DNA of 64,000 nt. It comes from Phycisphaerae bacterium. GTDB taxonomy: Bacteria; Planctomycetota; Phycisphaerae; UBA1845. The position numbers and the translations under genes are program-made. The stretch lies in contig CAXXGO010000006.1 in the NCBI GenBank assembly GCA_963666835.2, forward strand, positions 1,408,001 through 1,472,000, written 5' to 3'. Positions 56,531 through 64,000 of the stretch are shown piece after piece. Under the pieces are notes generated by a model, which was given only the letters and a program-made list of their open reading frames with translations, had not been told where the DNA came from and searched no databases. Positions within the stretch are counted from its first letter, which is position 1; the number at the start of each line of letters is the position of its first letter.

Positions 56531-57062
56531 GTTAATTCTCCCCGAGCCTGATCGGACTGCTGTCGGCCGCAGTCCCTCGTGCTGCGGATTACTGCCCGGA
56601 CCCACCCCCCGGACCGGGCTACCTAATCGTAATACGAATCGGCGGAGCCCGAGTTCGGAGCCCGCCGCCCCTGCGCCGGAAGCCGGCGGAATGCCGGGAC
56701 CGTGCTGATGCCGTTTCCTCACTAAGGAGGGGCTGGGGGAGGTTCCTCTCCGTCGGAATAAACCCCCTCGATCCCCCTTGGCAAGACGGGAGGGTCCTGA
56801 TCGACGCTATTCGAAACGTCGCTGGGACAGGTTATCGTCCTGACGCGCCTTCTGCCAGTCTTTGCACGAGCCTGTTGTATTTCAGGGTTGCCGAAACGCT
56901 GCCGGCGGGCAGGTTGGGCGGACGTACCCGTTCTGGTATCCTGCGGCTACTGGATCTCGCCCGATCGAAACCGTGTTCCGCTACCGGGCTGTGAGTGGAA
57001 CGCCGACGGCTGAGCCCCAGAGCCTGTGCGAACTCGTATTCCCTTAGCAGGTTCCGCCGACC

Positions 57063-58877
57063 ATGGACAACGTTGTGTCTGGTTTCTCGTGCCTCGCCCG
57101 CCGGGCTACGGCGTTCGTCGCCGGGGGGGTGTTCATCGTCGCCGGATACTCCCCGGCAGCCGAGCCTGAGGCCGAGTTGCCCGTAGTGCTGACGGAGGTG
57201 AGCGGCGCGGCCGGTATCGAGTTCGTGGAGACCATCGGTGACCTGGAGTTATCAAATATTGTGGAAGCCACAGGCGTCGGATGCGGGTTTCTCGACTACG
57301 ATGCCGACGGTTGGATGGATCTCTACCTGGTAAACGGTAAGTGGCTGGAGGGGCTGTCGGATCCAGGGATCGATCCGCAAGTGCGCCGCGCCAATGCTAC
57401 GGCAACCGACCGCCTCTACCGCAATCGGGGCGATGGCACGTTTGAAGACGTAACCGCCGCGGCCGGGTTGACTCGTTCGGGATACGGTATGGCGGTGGTG
57501 GCCGCGGATTTCGACGGTGACGGTGATTGTGACATATACGTTACGAACTACGGCCCGAACTTTCTGTTCGTTAACCATGGCGACGGCACGTTTACGGAGG
57601 AGGCTAAGGTTCGGGGCGTTGCCGACCCGGCGTTCAGTGTCGGGGCCGTGTTTCTGGACTATGACCGCGACGGCCGGCTGGATCTTTATGTTGGGAACTA
57701 CGTCACGTATGAGCCGGACGAAGGTCGCCAGCACACGCCGGCGGGAGTCCACAGTCCCCTGGCGTATGAAGGGCAGCAGGACCGGCTCTATCGCGGGCAA
57801 GCCGATAGAACGTTCGCGGATGTAACTGCCCAAGCCGGCGTTGCTATTCGCCCGGTGGGTCGGGCGATGGGCGTCGGGACGATCGATTATGACGACGACG
57901 GGCTTGTGGACGTTTTCGTTTCGAACGACGCGATGGAGAACTTCCTACTGCGCAATCAAGGCGACGGTACCTTTGTGAACGAAGCGTTGTTTTCCGGGGC
58001 CGCTTTCGGGGAGGCCGGTGACGCGGCGGCGGCAATGGCGGTGGAGGTCGCCGACTACGATGTCGACGGGCGGTTGGACATGCTCATCCCTGACATGAAC
58101 CGTTGCTGTTTGTACCACAATCTCGGGGATGGGATGTTCGAGGACGTCGCCACCCGTGCGGGACTCTCTCGGGTTGTAAGCGGTCGCCATAGCTGGGCCG
58201 GGGTCTTCGCGGATTTTGATCTCGACGGTTGCCTGGACGTGTATCTTGCCAACGGCAGTGCCTGTTTGTTGGAGGCTCAGCACGACTGCCTCTTGACGGG
58301 TGACGGCCGGGGGCGGTTCACCAGTGTGCTAAGCAGCAGTGGCTCCCCGGTCAGCAACCTCAGCCGCAAGTTCGTCGGTCGAGGGGCGGCTCGCGGAGAC
58401 TATGACAACGACGGCGATCTTGATCTGCTGGTTAACAACTTGAATGCGCACCCTCTTCTTCTGCGAAACGACACTCCGCGGCGTGGTCGGCATTGGCTTA
58501 TGATCAACCTCGTTGGGAAGCCGCCCAATCGTGACGCGCTCGGGGCGGTTGTGCGGTGCAGAGTGGGCGACAGAACCGTGGTCCTCCCGCGAGCGTCCGC
58601 AGGCAGCTACTTGTCTCAGCATGACTCGCGGCTCCACCTGGGGCTCGGGAGCCACGCATCGGTCAAGCTAATCGAGGTCATCTGGCCCGACGGGTCGCGC
58701 CAAGTCGAGCAGGATGTCCTGGCGGACCAAGTTGTGACGATTAGACAGGGCTTGATTAGAGACGTCTTGCCCGAAGAGGCCCAACCCGGACGGGCTCGGA
58801 GTGGTGGGGCTGCCGCTGGGCAGACTCTGAACCGGAAGTCGGAGGTGGGGCAGGCTGCGGCTCGGAACGGGGATTAG
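57063..58877 (+). CDS. CRTAC1 / ASPIC-UnbV family FG-GAP repeat protein
   Basis: Multiple DYDxDG..DLYV and RNRGDGTFEDVT repeats; NRDALGA..SYLSQHD.RLHLGLG..WPDG. Confidence 0.92.
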   Translation: MDNVVSGFSCLARRATAFVAGGVFIVAGYSPAAEPEAELPVVLTEVSGAAGIEFVETIGDLELSNIVEATGVGCGFLDYDADGWMDLYLVNGKWLEGLSDPGIDPQVRRANATATDRLYRNRGDGTFEDVTAAAGLTRSGYGMAVVAADFDGDGDCDIYVTNYGPNFLFVNHGDGTFTEEAKVRGVADPAFSVGAVFLDYDRDGRLDLYVGNYVTYEPDEGRQHTPAGVHSPLAYEGQQDRLYRGQADRTFADVTAQAGVAIRPVGRAMGVGTIDYDDDGLVDVFVSNDAMENFLLRNQGDGTFVNEALFSGAAFGEAGDAAAAMAVEVADYDVDGRLDMLIPDMNRCCLYHNLGDGMFEDVATRAGLSRVVSGRHSWAGVFADFDLDGCLDVYLANGSACLLEAQHDCLLTGDGRGRFTSVLSSSGSPVSNLSRKFVGRGAARGDYDNDGDLDLLVNNLNAHPLLLRNDTPRRGRHWLMINLVGKPPNRDALGAVVRCRVGDRTVVLPRASAGSYLSQHDSRLHLGLGSHASVKLIEVIWPDGSRQVEQDVLADQVVTIRQGLIRDVLPEEAQPGRARSGGAAAGQTLNRKSEVGQAAARNGD

Positions 58878-58965
58878 CGCCGTATTCGGGAATGCCGCAA
58901 CGGGCTTTTCACCATTAATAAGGGGGATTCAGGGGGTGCTCCGATGGCGGAGGGGCTTTCCTGTC

Positions 58966-58994
58966 TTGGTAGGGCGGGGACGAGCGAATATAAT
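58966..58994 (+). promoter_or_regulatory. Possible sigma70 promoter
   Basis: TTGGTA-17 nt-TATAAT upstream of the Rid-family gene. Confidence 0.45.
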
Positions 58995-59150
58995 GCGTTT
59001 CATTCGTGAACAACGGAAGCGGTCGGTTTCGGCCACGTTTCGCCGGGACTACGCGGAACCGGTGGCGGACCGCGCAACGTGATCAGGTCGGGTTTGATGG
59101 TGGCGTAAGATCTCGCGTCGATGCCGCCGGATGAGGAAAGGTGATAGAGA

Positions 59151-59615
59151 ATGAGCAAGAATGACAAGGAGAGAATCAAGAAGACGCCGATCGAGAACAA
59201 GAACGTCCTGTGTGAGGCGTACCACTACGAGAAGAAGGTGTCGTTCACGCGGGGGATGCGGGTAGAACTGGACAACTGCGTCATGCTGTTCATCTCCGGC
59301 ACCGCCAGCGTTACCGACGAGGGCACGTACGCCCATCGCGGCGACATCAAGGCCCAGACCCGTCGTACGTTCCACAACATCACGGGCCTGCTCGAGAGCG
59401 AGGGCGCCGACTGGCACGACATCATCCGCACCACGTGCTACCTGGCCGACTTTCGGTACTACGACGAATTCAACGAGACTCGCAACGCGTTCTACGAAGA
59501 GCAGCAACTGGACCCGCTGCCGGCCAGCACGTGTATCGAGGCGCGGATCTGCTGGCCTGAGCTGCTGGTTGAGATTGAGGCGATTGCGATGATTCCGAAG
59601 AGTCGAGCCATGTAA
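59151..59615 (+). CDS. Rid/YjgF family protein resembling the FkbO/Hyg5 chorismatase C-terminal domain
   Basis: SFTRG..LFISGTAS..GDIKAQT..PAST..ICWPELLVEIEAIA. Confidence 0.8.
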   Translation: MSKNDKERIKKTPIENKNVLCEAYHYEKKVSFTRGMRVELDNCVMLFISGTASVTDEGTYAHRGDIKAQTRRTFHNITGLLESEGADWHDIIRTTCYLADFRYYDEFNETRNAFYEEQQLDPLPASTCIEARICWPELLVEIEAIAMIPKSRAM

Positions 59616-60008
59616 CAGGTTATCAACAAGGAGTTTACGGCACCTTGGCGATCTGTCCGGAGTCTGGGGCGAACGCCCGTTTTTGGGCGATAATATGCCG
59701 CTTCGGGGCCGACTATTTCCTTGCAAAAGGTTCTTGAAGGTGGCATCATATCGCGTATAGGATCGTATGCTGTTTTCTCGTCGTGCCGCTGTCGGGCTGG
59801 GTGGCGGTGTGGCGTGCAGATCGTTGTCCCGGCAAGGGGCAGATCCATTCGGAGGTTCGGAAGGGGACAGAGGTCGCATTTCGGCGATAAGGACGGGGTA
59901 GGTCGCGAAGCGCTGGGGTGAGCCGTGTTCCAGGCCGGTGGTTGAGGATAGCACCGGCGTTCGATTGGTCGTCACGACCAAGCGGTAGCCATATTGTGGA
60001 GGCGGACC

Positions 60009-61025
60009 ATGATTGTCGTAATGGACCCCTGCAGCGCTGATGAACATATCGATGCTGTCGTGCAGCTTCTTAATCGGATGGGCGTTACCGGCTGTCCGAT
60101 TGACGGGTGTGATCATAAGGCGGTTGAAGTTCTGGGCGGTAACGGCGAGGTGGATCGCGCTGCGCTTGAGCGCGCCCCAATGGTTTCCAGGGTTCTCGAC
60201 CGTGCGGTTCCGCTTTTGGCGGGTGAGCGCAAGCCGGGCGACAGCACTCTTGCAGTTCCTCTAGGATCAGCAGCCGAAATCGGCGGCAATAAACTCGGTC
60301 TTATTGCAGGGCCTTGCAGTGTTGAAAGCGAGAGTCACCTGCTGGAAATCGCCCACGCGGTGAAGGAGGCGGGGGCGGTCGGCTTGCGCGGCGGGGCGTT
60401 CAAGCCGCGGACTTCGCCCTATGCCTTTCAGGGGCACGGCGAACGCGGGCTGGAGATGCTGGCGCGAGCGCGCGAAGAGACCGGGCTGGCCATCGTTACT
60501 GAAGTGATGCGTTGCGAGCATGTCGAACTGGTGGCACGCTACGCAGACGTGCTGCAGGTCGGTTCGCGGAACATGCACAACACGCACTTGCTGACCACGG
60601 TAGGGGCTCAGAGCACGCCGGCGCTGCTCAAGCGCGGTTGGTGCGCGAGCTTGGAGGAGTTCCTTCTCGCGGCCGAGTACATCATGTTGGGTGGCAATCA
60701 CAATGTGATTCTCTGCGAGCGCGGAATCCGCACGCAAGAGGCTTATGTACGAAACACGTTGGCGCTGGCGATAGTGCCGGAGGTCAAGCGGGTCTCGCGT
60801 CTGCCGATTATCGTGGACCCGTCTCACGGCACGGGGCGCAGTCATTTGGTGGCCCCGATGAGTAATGCGGCCGTCGCCTGCGGAGCCGATGGGCTGCTGA
60901 TCGAAGTACACAACGCGCCGAGTCGGGCTTGGTCCGACGGGTCGCAGTCGCTGGATCCGGAGCAGTTCCACGCCCTGGTGAAAGGGCTCAGGCCCTTCGC
61001 CGCTGCCAGTGAGCGCGAGCTGTAA
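60009..61025 (+). CDS. aroF: 3-deoxy-7-phosphoheptulonate (DAHP) synthase, type I-beta
   Basis: IAGPCSVES, LRGGAFKPRTSPYAFQG, QVGSRNM, LCERGIRT, VDPSHGTG, SDGSQSL. Confidence 0.93.
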   Translation: MIVVMDPCSADEHIDAVVQLLNRMGVTGCPIDGCDHKAVEVLGGNGEVDRAALERAPMVSRVLDRAVPLLAGERKPGDSTLAVPLGSAAEIGGNKLGLIAGPCSVESESHLLEIAHAVKEAGAVGLRGGAFKPRTSPYAFQGHGERGLEMLARAREETGLAIVTEVMRCEHVELVARYADVLQVGSRNMHNTHLLTTVGAQSTPALLKRGWCASLEEFLLAAEYIMLGGNHNVILCERGIRTQEAYVRNTLALAIVPEVKRVSRLPIIVDPSHGTGRSHLVAPMSNAAVACGADGLLIEVHNAPSRAWSDGSQSLDPEQFHALVKGLRPFAAASEREL

Positions 61026-61345
61026 GACCGAGCCGGTGGTTCGTCACGTGTGGCGAGTTGATGTCATGGGGTCGCCTGCTTGTGGGGCGGGGCGATGATG
61101 GTACCCGCCGGTAATCAATGGCAGGTCTCGTTCCTCGACCGTGCCCTACCTGCTGCCAGTGAGCGCGAGCTGTAAGACCGGACCAGTGGTTCGTCACGTG
61201 TGGCGAGTTGATGTCATGGGGTCGCCTGCTTGTGGGACGGGGCAAAGATGGTACCCGCCGGTAATCAATGGCAGGTCTCGTTCCTCGACCGTGCCCTACC
61301 AAGCTGCCAGTGAGCGCGAGCTGTAAGACCGAGCCGGTGCTTCGT
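61002..61345. repeat. ~150-bp tandem repeat (2 full units plus a partial unit) of the aroF 3' end and a GTAG-REP
   Basis: Units start gctgccagtgagcgcgagctgtaa at 61002, 61152 and 61303; full units end in ggcaggtctcgttcctcgaccgtgccctac. Confidence 0.92.
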
Positions 61346-61423
61346 TACTCGTGACGGGCGGGTGGCACAGTGTGCTTTCACGCCGGGGACAAGCCCCGGC
61401 GCTGCGTTGATTCGCGGGCTACA

Positions 61424-62311
61424 TCAGAGTATGCCGTCCAACCCGAACGGGCCGCAGGCCACCGCCCGGCAGTACTTGCTGACGGACTCCACCCGGAGGC
61501 GGTACTTGGCGATCAGTCGCTGAGCCCAAAACGGCATGGTTCGATCGAGTTTGATTTCAAGAACGCTGGTAGCTGCGGTAAGGCTCACCGGCGCCGCTGG
61601 GACCGGGTCCAGCAAGCTCCGGGCACGCCCGGACGACAAGCGATCGTCCAACGTGATCCGCACCCGGTGATCGGTTCGCGCCGTAAACGCCTGCCGCCGG
61701 AACTGCACGTTGACCACGGGTACCATTCCGTACATCTGCTTGACGTGAAGAAACGCGTCCAGCTCCGACGAACGCCCCGCCCAGCGCGGGTCCGTCAGAT
61801 GGCGCGATTCGAGCATCGGTTGCATTCTCTCGTACTCTGCAAGTGGCACGATGGTGACATCTTTGCTGATCCGCAGACCCGAGCGACGTTTGACCTCGAC
61901 CTTGATCGGGGAGGCCGGCTTGCCGTTGGCCAGGTACGATCGGACGCGCAACTTACAGCGCTGGGACGTACCGGCCAGCTTCTCATAGAAGCAGACCCAA
62001 TCCGCAGAATCGAGATAGAGACTGCGCACGTCGTAGTAGCCGTCCGGCTCTGCGTGGCGATCCGGTTCGACGAACGCCCGCAGATCAGTCACTAACGGGG
62101 TGCGGACACTCCGCGGCACGAGGTATTTGAACTCGTATCGCCAAACACGCGGGGTCTTGCGGCGTTTTACCGGTTCTGGGGCGCCCCGGCGACGGAGCAA
62201 TGTAGATGGGGCAAGAGCAGGAACTGACCGGATTCGAGGCTCATCGGCCACCGGAGCTGCGGTTATCAGTGTGGAAGACAAAGCCGTCTCTCCAGATTGA
62301 CCGAGAACCAC
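61424..62311 (-). CDS. VTC (polyphosphate polymerase) domain protein
   Basis: RYEFKYL, VRSLYLDS, KLRVRSY, VEVKRR, RVRITLD, VLEIK, SVSKY; start uncertain. Confidence 0.88.
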   Translation of the reverse strand: MVLGQSGETALSSTLITAAPVADEPRIRSVPALAPSTLLRRRGAPEPVKRRKTPRVWRYEFKYLVPRSVRTPLVTDLRAFVEPDRHAEPDGYYDVRSLYLDSADWVCFYEKLAGTSQRCKLRVRSYLANGKPASPIKVEVKRRSGLRISKDVTIVPLAEYERMQPMLESRHLTDPRWAGRSSELDAFLHVKQMYGMVPVVNVQFRRQAFTARTDHRVRITLDDRLSSGRARSLLDPVPAAPVSLTAATSVLEIKLDRTMPFWAQRLIAKYRLRVESVSKYCRAVACGPFGLDGIL

Positions 62312-62356
62312 CGGTACGGCGGGGCCGGCGACTTAGCACAGGCTTCAGGGACCTCG

Positions 62357-63028
62357 TCAGATCGCCAACTGGCTCTCCGGACTAATCAGCGATGGAGACG
62401 AAAGGCCGGCGATGGCCTTCAGTCGGTTTACTAACGTCTCCGGGCCGACAGCGGGACTCAAGCGTACGCGGTAGGTGTATTCGCAACCCTCGGAAGAACC
62501 TAAATCGGCGGCTCCGTGCAGTTTGCGCCACGAGAGCAGACTATCGAGCAACCGCCCGGTGTCCTCGTTATCCTCTCCGCGCTGTCGGAACACGAGGATG
62601 TACTCGCGAGGACCGGCGCCGCCGCGCGCGGCGTAGTGGACAGCAATCACGACGGTACACACGAAAATCGTCCCGAGAATCGCGAGGGCATACCCCCCCG
62701 AACCACAGCACAAACCGATCCCGATCATCAGGAACAGGTAGGCCATGTCGCGGGTGTCTTTGATTACCGTGCGGAACCGGATTATCGACAACGCCCCTAC
62801 CAGCCCTAGTGAGAGGGCAATGTTGCTTCCGATGGCCATCATAATCATGGCCACCGTAACCGGCGTCACCAACAGGGTCATGAAGAACGAGAAGGAGTAT
62901 GACGGACCGGTGTACAGCTTGCGGTAGACCGTGGCCGACAGATACGCCAACGCGAACGCCAGACAGAGATTCAGAGCAATCTGCCCGAGCGTGAAGTTGA
63001 TGTACTGAGGCGTGAAGCCGGTGGGCAT
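62357..63028 (-). CDS. DUF4956 family membrane protein
   Basis: IMMAIGSNIALSLGLVGALSIIRFRTVIKDTRDMAYLF..IGLCCG. Confidence 0.9.
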   Translation of the reverse strand: MPTGFTPQYINFTLGQIALNLCLAFALAYLSATVYRKLYTGPSYSFSFFMTLLVTPVTVAMIMMAIGSNIALSLGLVGALSIIRFRTVIKDTRDMAYLFLMIGIGLCCGSGGYALAILGTIFVCTVVIAVHYAARGGAGPREYILVFRQRGEDNEDTGRLLDSLLSWRKLHGAADLGSSEGCEYTYRVRLSPAVGPETLVNRLKAIAGLSSPSLISPESQLAI

Positions 63029-63493
63029 CGCAAAACAACTCCCGGAGGCACTAACTAAAGTACGAATCAACCAAGACGGCCGTTGGGCCTTCTTACTCCT
63101 GAGATTATCGGAGACCTCGATCGGCTAGTTGAGGTAGGTCCTATTAACGCGCCCTGTTGCGTGACACCCGGCTCTTGCCGGCGATACCCCGGGATCGAGA
63201 GGACTCCCTGCGGCGAAGGTAGGTCGGCCCGAAGCTAACGCCGCCAGACTTCAGCAAGGTGAATCGTCCGCCCGGCGGACGGCCCCGGCCGCTCACAACT
63301 CGTGACATTTGTGACATTTTTCTGACACTTGGTGGGACTGGATTCTCCGCAACTTGCGTCGTAAGATGCCCGGGTCGCCAAGTCTCTCCCTACCGGATGG
63401 CAACCGTTTGTTGTGGTCGACGAAGGGGCTTCGAATCGGGCCCCGCGTCGAATCCGCGCGGGAACGAGGCAAGGCGGCGAAACGCGGGAACCT

Positions 63494-64000
63494 ATGGCAA
63501 CTGCAACGGGACAACCTGTGTCGGACGACGGGCGGCACGAACGCCGAGCCGAGCTGCTCGGTGTGGTTACGATGGCCATTCCTGTGGTGATAACCACAAG
63601 CTCGCGCGCACTCATGGATGTCGCGGACTATGTGATGATCGCCCAGTTGGGGCTGAGTGAAGCTCAAGCCGCTATCCTGCCCGCCCAGATGATTATGTGG
63701 GTCTATATCATCCTGGGCATGGGCGTTGTGTCGCTGGTTAGCTCTTTCGCGTCACAATCACTTGGGCGCCAGCAATATCGTGAGTGCAGCACCTATGCTT
63801 GGCAGGGGCTGTACTTGGCCGCAGCCATCGGAATCACCGCCGCGGTCTTGCGTCCTCTTCTGCCGGGGCTCATCGGCCTGATCGGCCATGAACCGGCCGT
63901 GCAGGAACTGGAGCTGGCCTATTCTCGTGTGGCGCTATTCACGGCCGGTCCCACTGTGGCGGCGAACGCCCTCGGCTGGTTCTTCGTCGGAATCCACCGT
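63494..64000 (+). CDS. MATE family efflux transporter (3'-truncated by the window edge)
   Basis: Not in the ORF track: MATATGQP..MAIPVVITTSSRALMDVADYVMIAQLG..FASQSLGR..YAWQGL, open to the window end. Confidence 0.85.
   Translation, partial: MATATGQPVSDDGRHERRAELLGVVTMAIPVVITTSSRALMDVADYVMIAQLGLSEAQAAILPAQMIMWVYIILGMGVVSLVSSFASQSLGRQQYRECSTYAWQGLYLAAAIGITAAVLRPLLPGLIGLIGHEPAVQELELAYSRVALFTAGPTVAANALGWFFVGIHR

Noticed and set aside
59049..60116. 355-aa minus-strand ORF
   Set aside because: It overlaps the well-supported Rid and aroF genes on the opposite strand and has non-protein-like composition.
61002..61345. CRISPR array or prophage att site at the aroF 3' end
   Set aside because: Whole units are duplicated (no unique spacers), and there is no integrase or cargo between copies.
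63235..63667. Several listed short ORFs
   Set aside because: The real gene is the MATE transporter starting at 63494, which runs off the window and was not listed.

Overview
GC-rich bacterial chromosomal window with the hallmarks of a Planctomycetota (Phycisphaerae-like) genome: Cys/Asp-rich secreted proteins with dockerin-like or IPTL-CTERM ends, CRTAC1/ASPIC-UnbV, DUF1573 and CxxCGYxL..CPECG Zn-ribbon proteins. Housekeeping or metabolic genes include rpmB, galE, larC, a propionyl/acetyl-CoA synthetase, an ABC-F (Uup-like) protein, a DAHP synthase, a FliA-type sigma factor, a PAS hybrid kinase with a NarL regulator, an MBOAT/SGNH pair, VTC/DUF4956 and a MATE transporter. No rRNA, tRNA or CRISPR array was seen. 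Main observations: (1) A compact three-gene operon of unknown function (21694-24150) encodes a COMM-domain-like protein, a helical HEAT-like protein and a permuted NlpC/P60 papain-like hydrolase; this is my best candidate for an undescribed system. (2) A REP-associated tyrosine transposase (RAYT) has a palindrome that anchors nested, variable-length tandem duplications with a stuttered AAAACCGG linker. A second, GTAG-type REP family shows the same anchored-duplication pattern at the DAHP synthase 3' end. (3) A chemoreceptor carries four apparently nested extracytoplasmic CZB domains. (4) A thiolase-fold protein lacking the nucleophilic Cys is paired with a DUF35 protein. (5) A probable LpxA C-terminus is fused to an InlB-B-like domain upstream of a GnnA-like dehydrogenase. 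(6) A 144-bp MITE has perfect 18-bp TIRs and an 8-bp TSD. (7) A C9-tract frameshift splits a large secreted protein. All family assignments come from motif recognition by eye, not from database searches.
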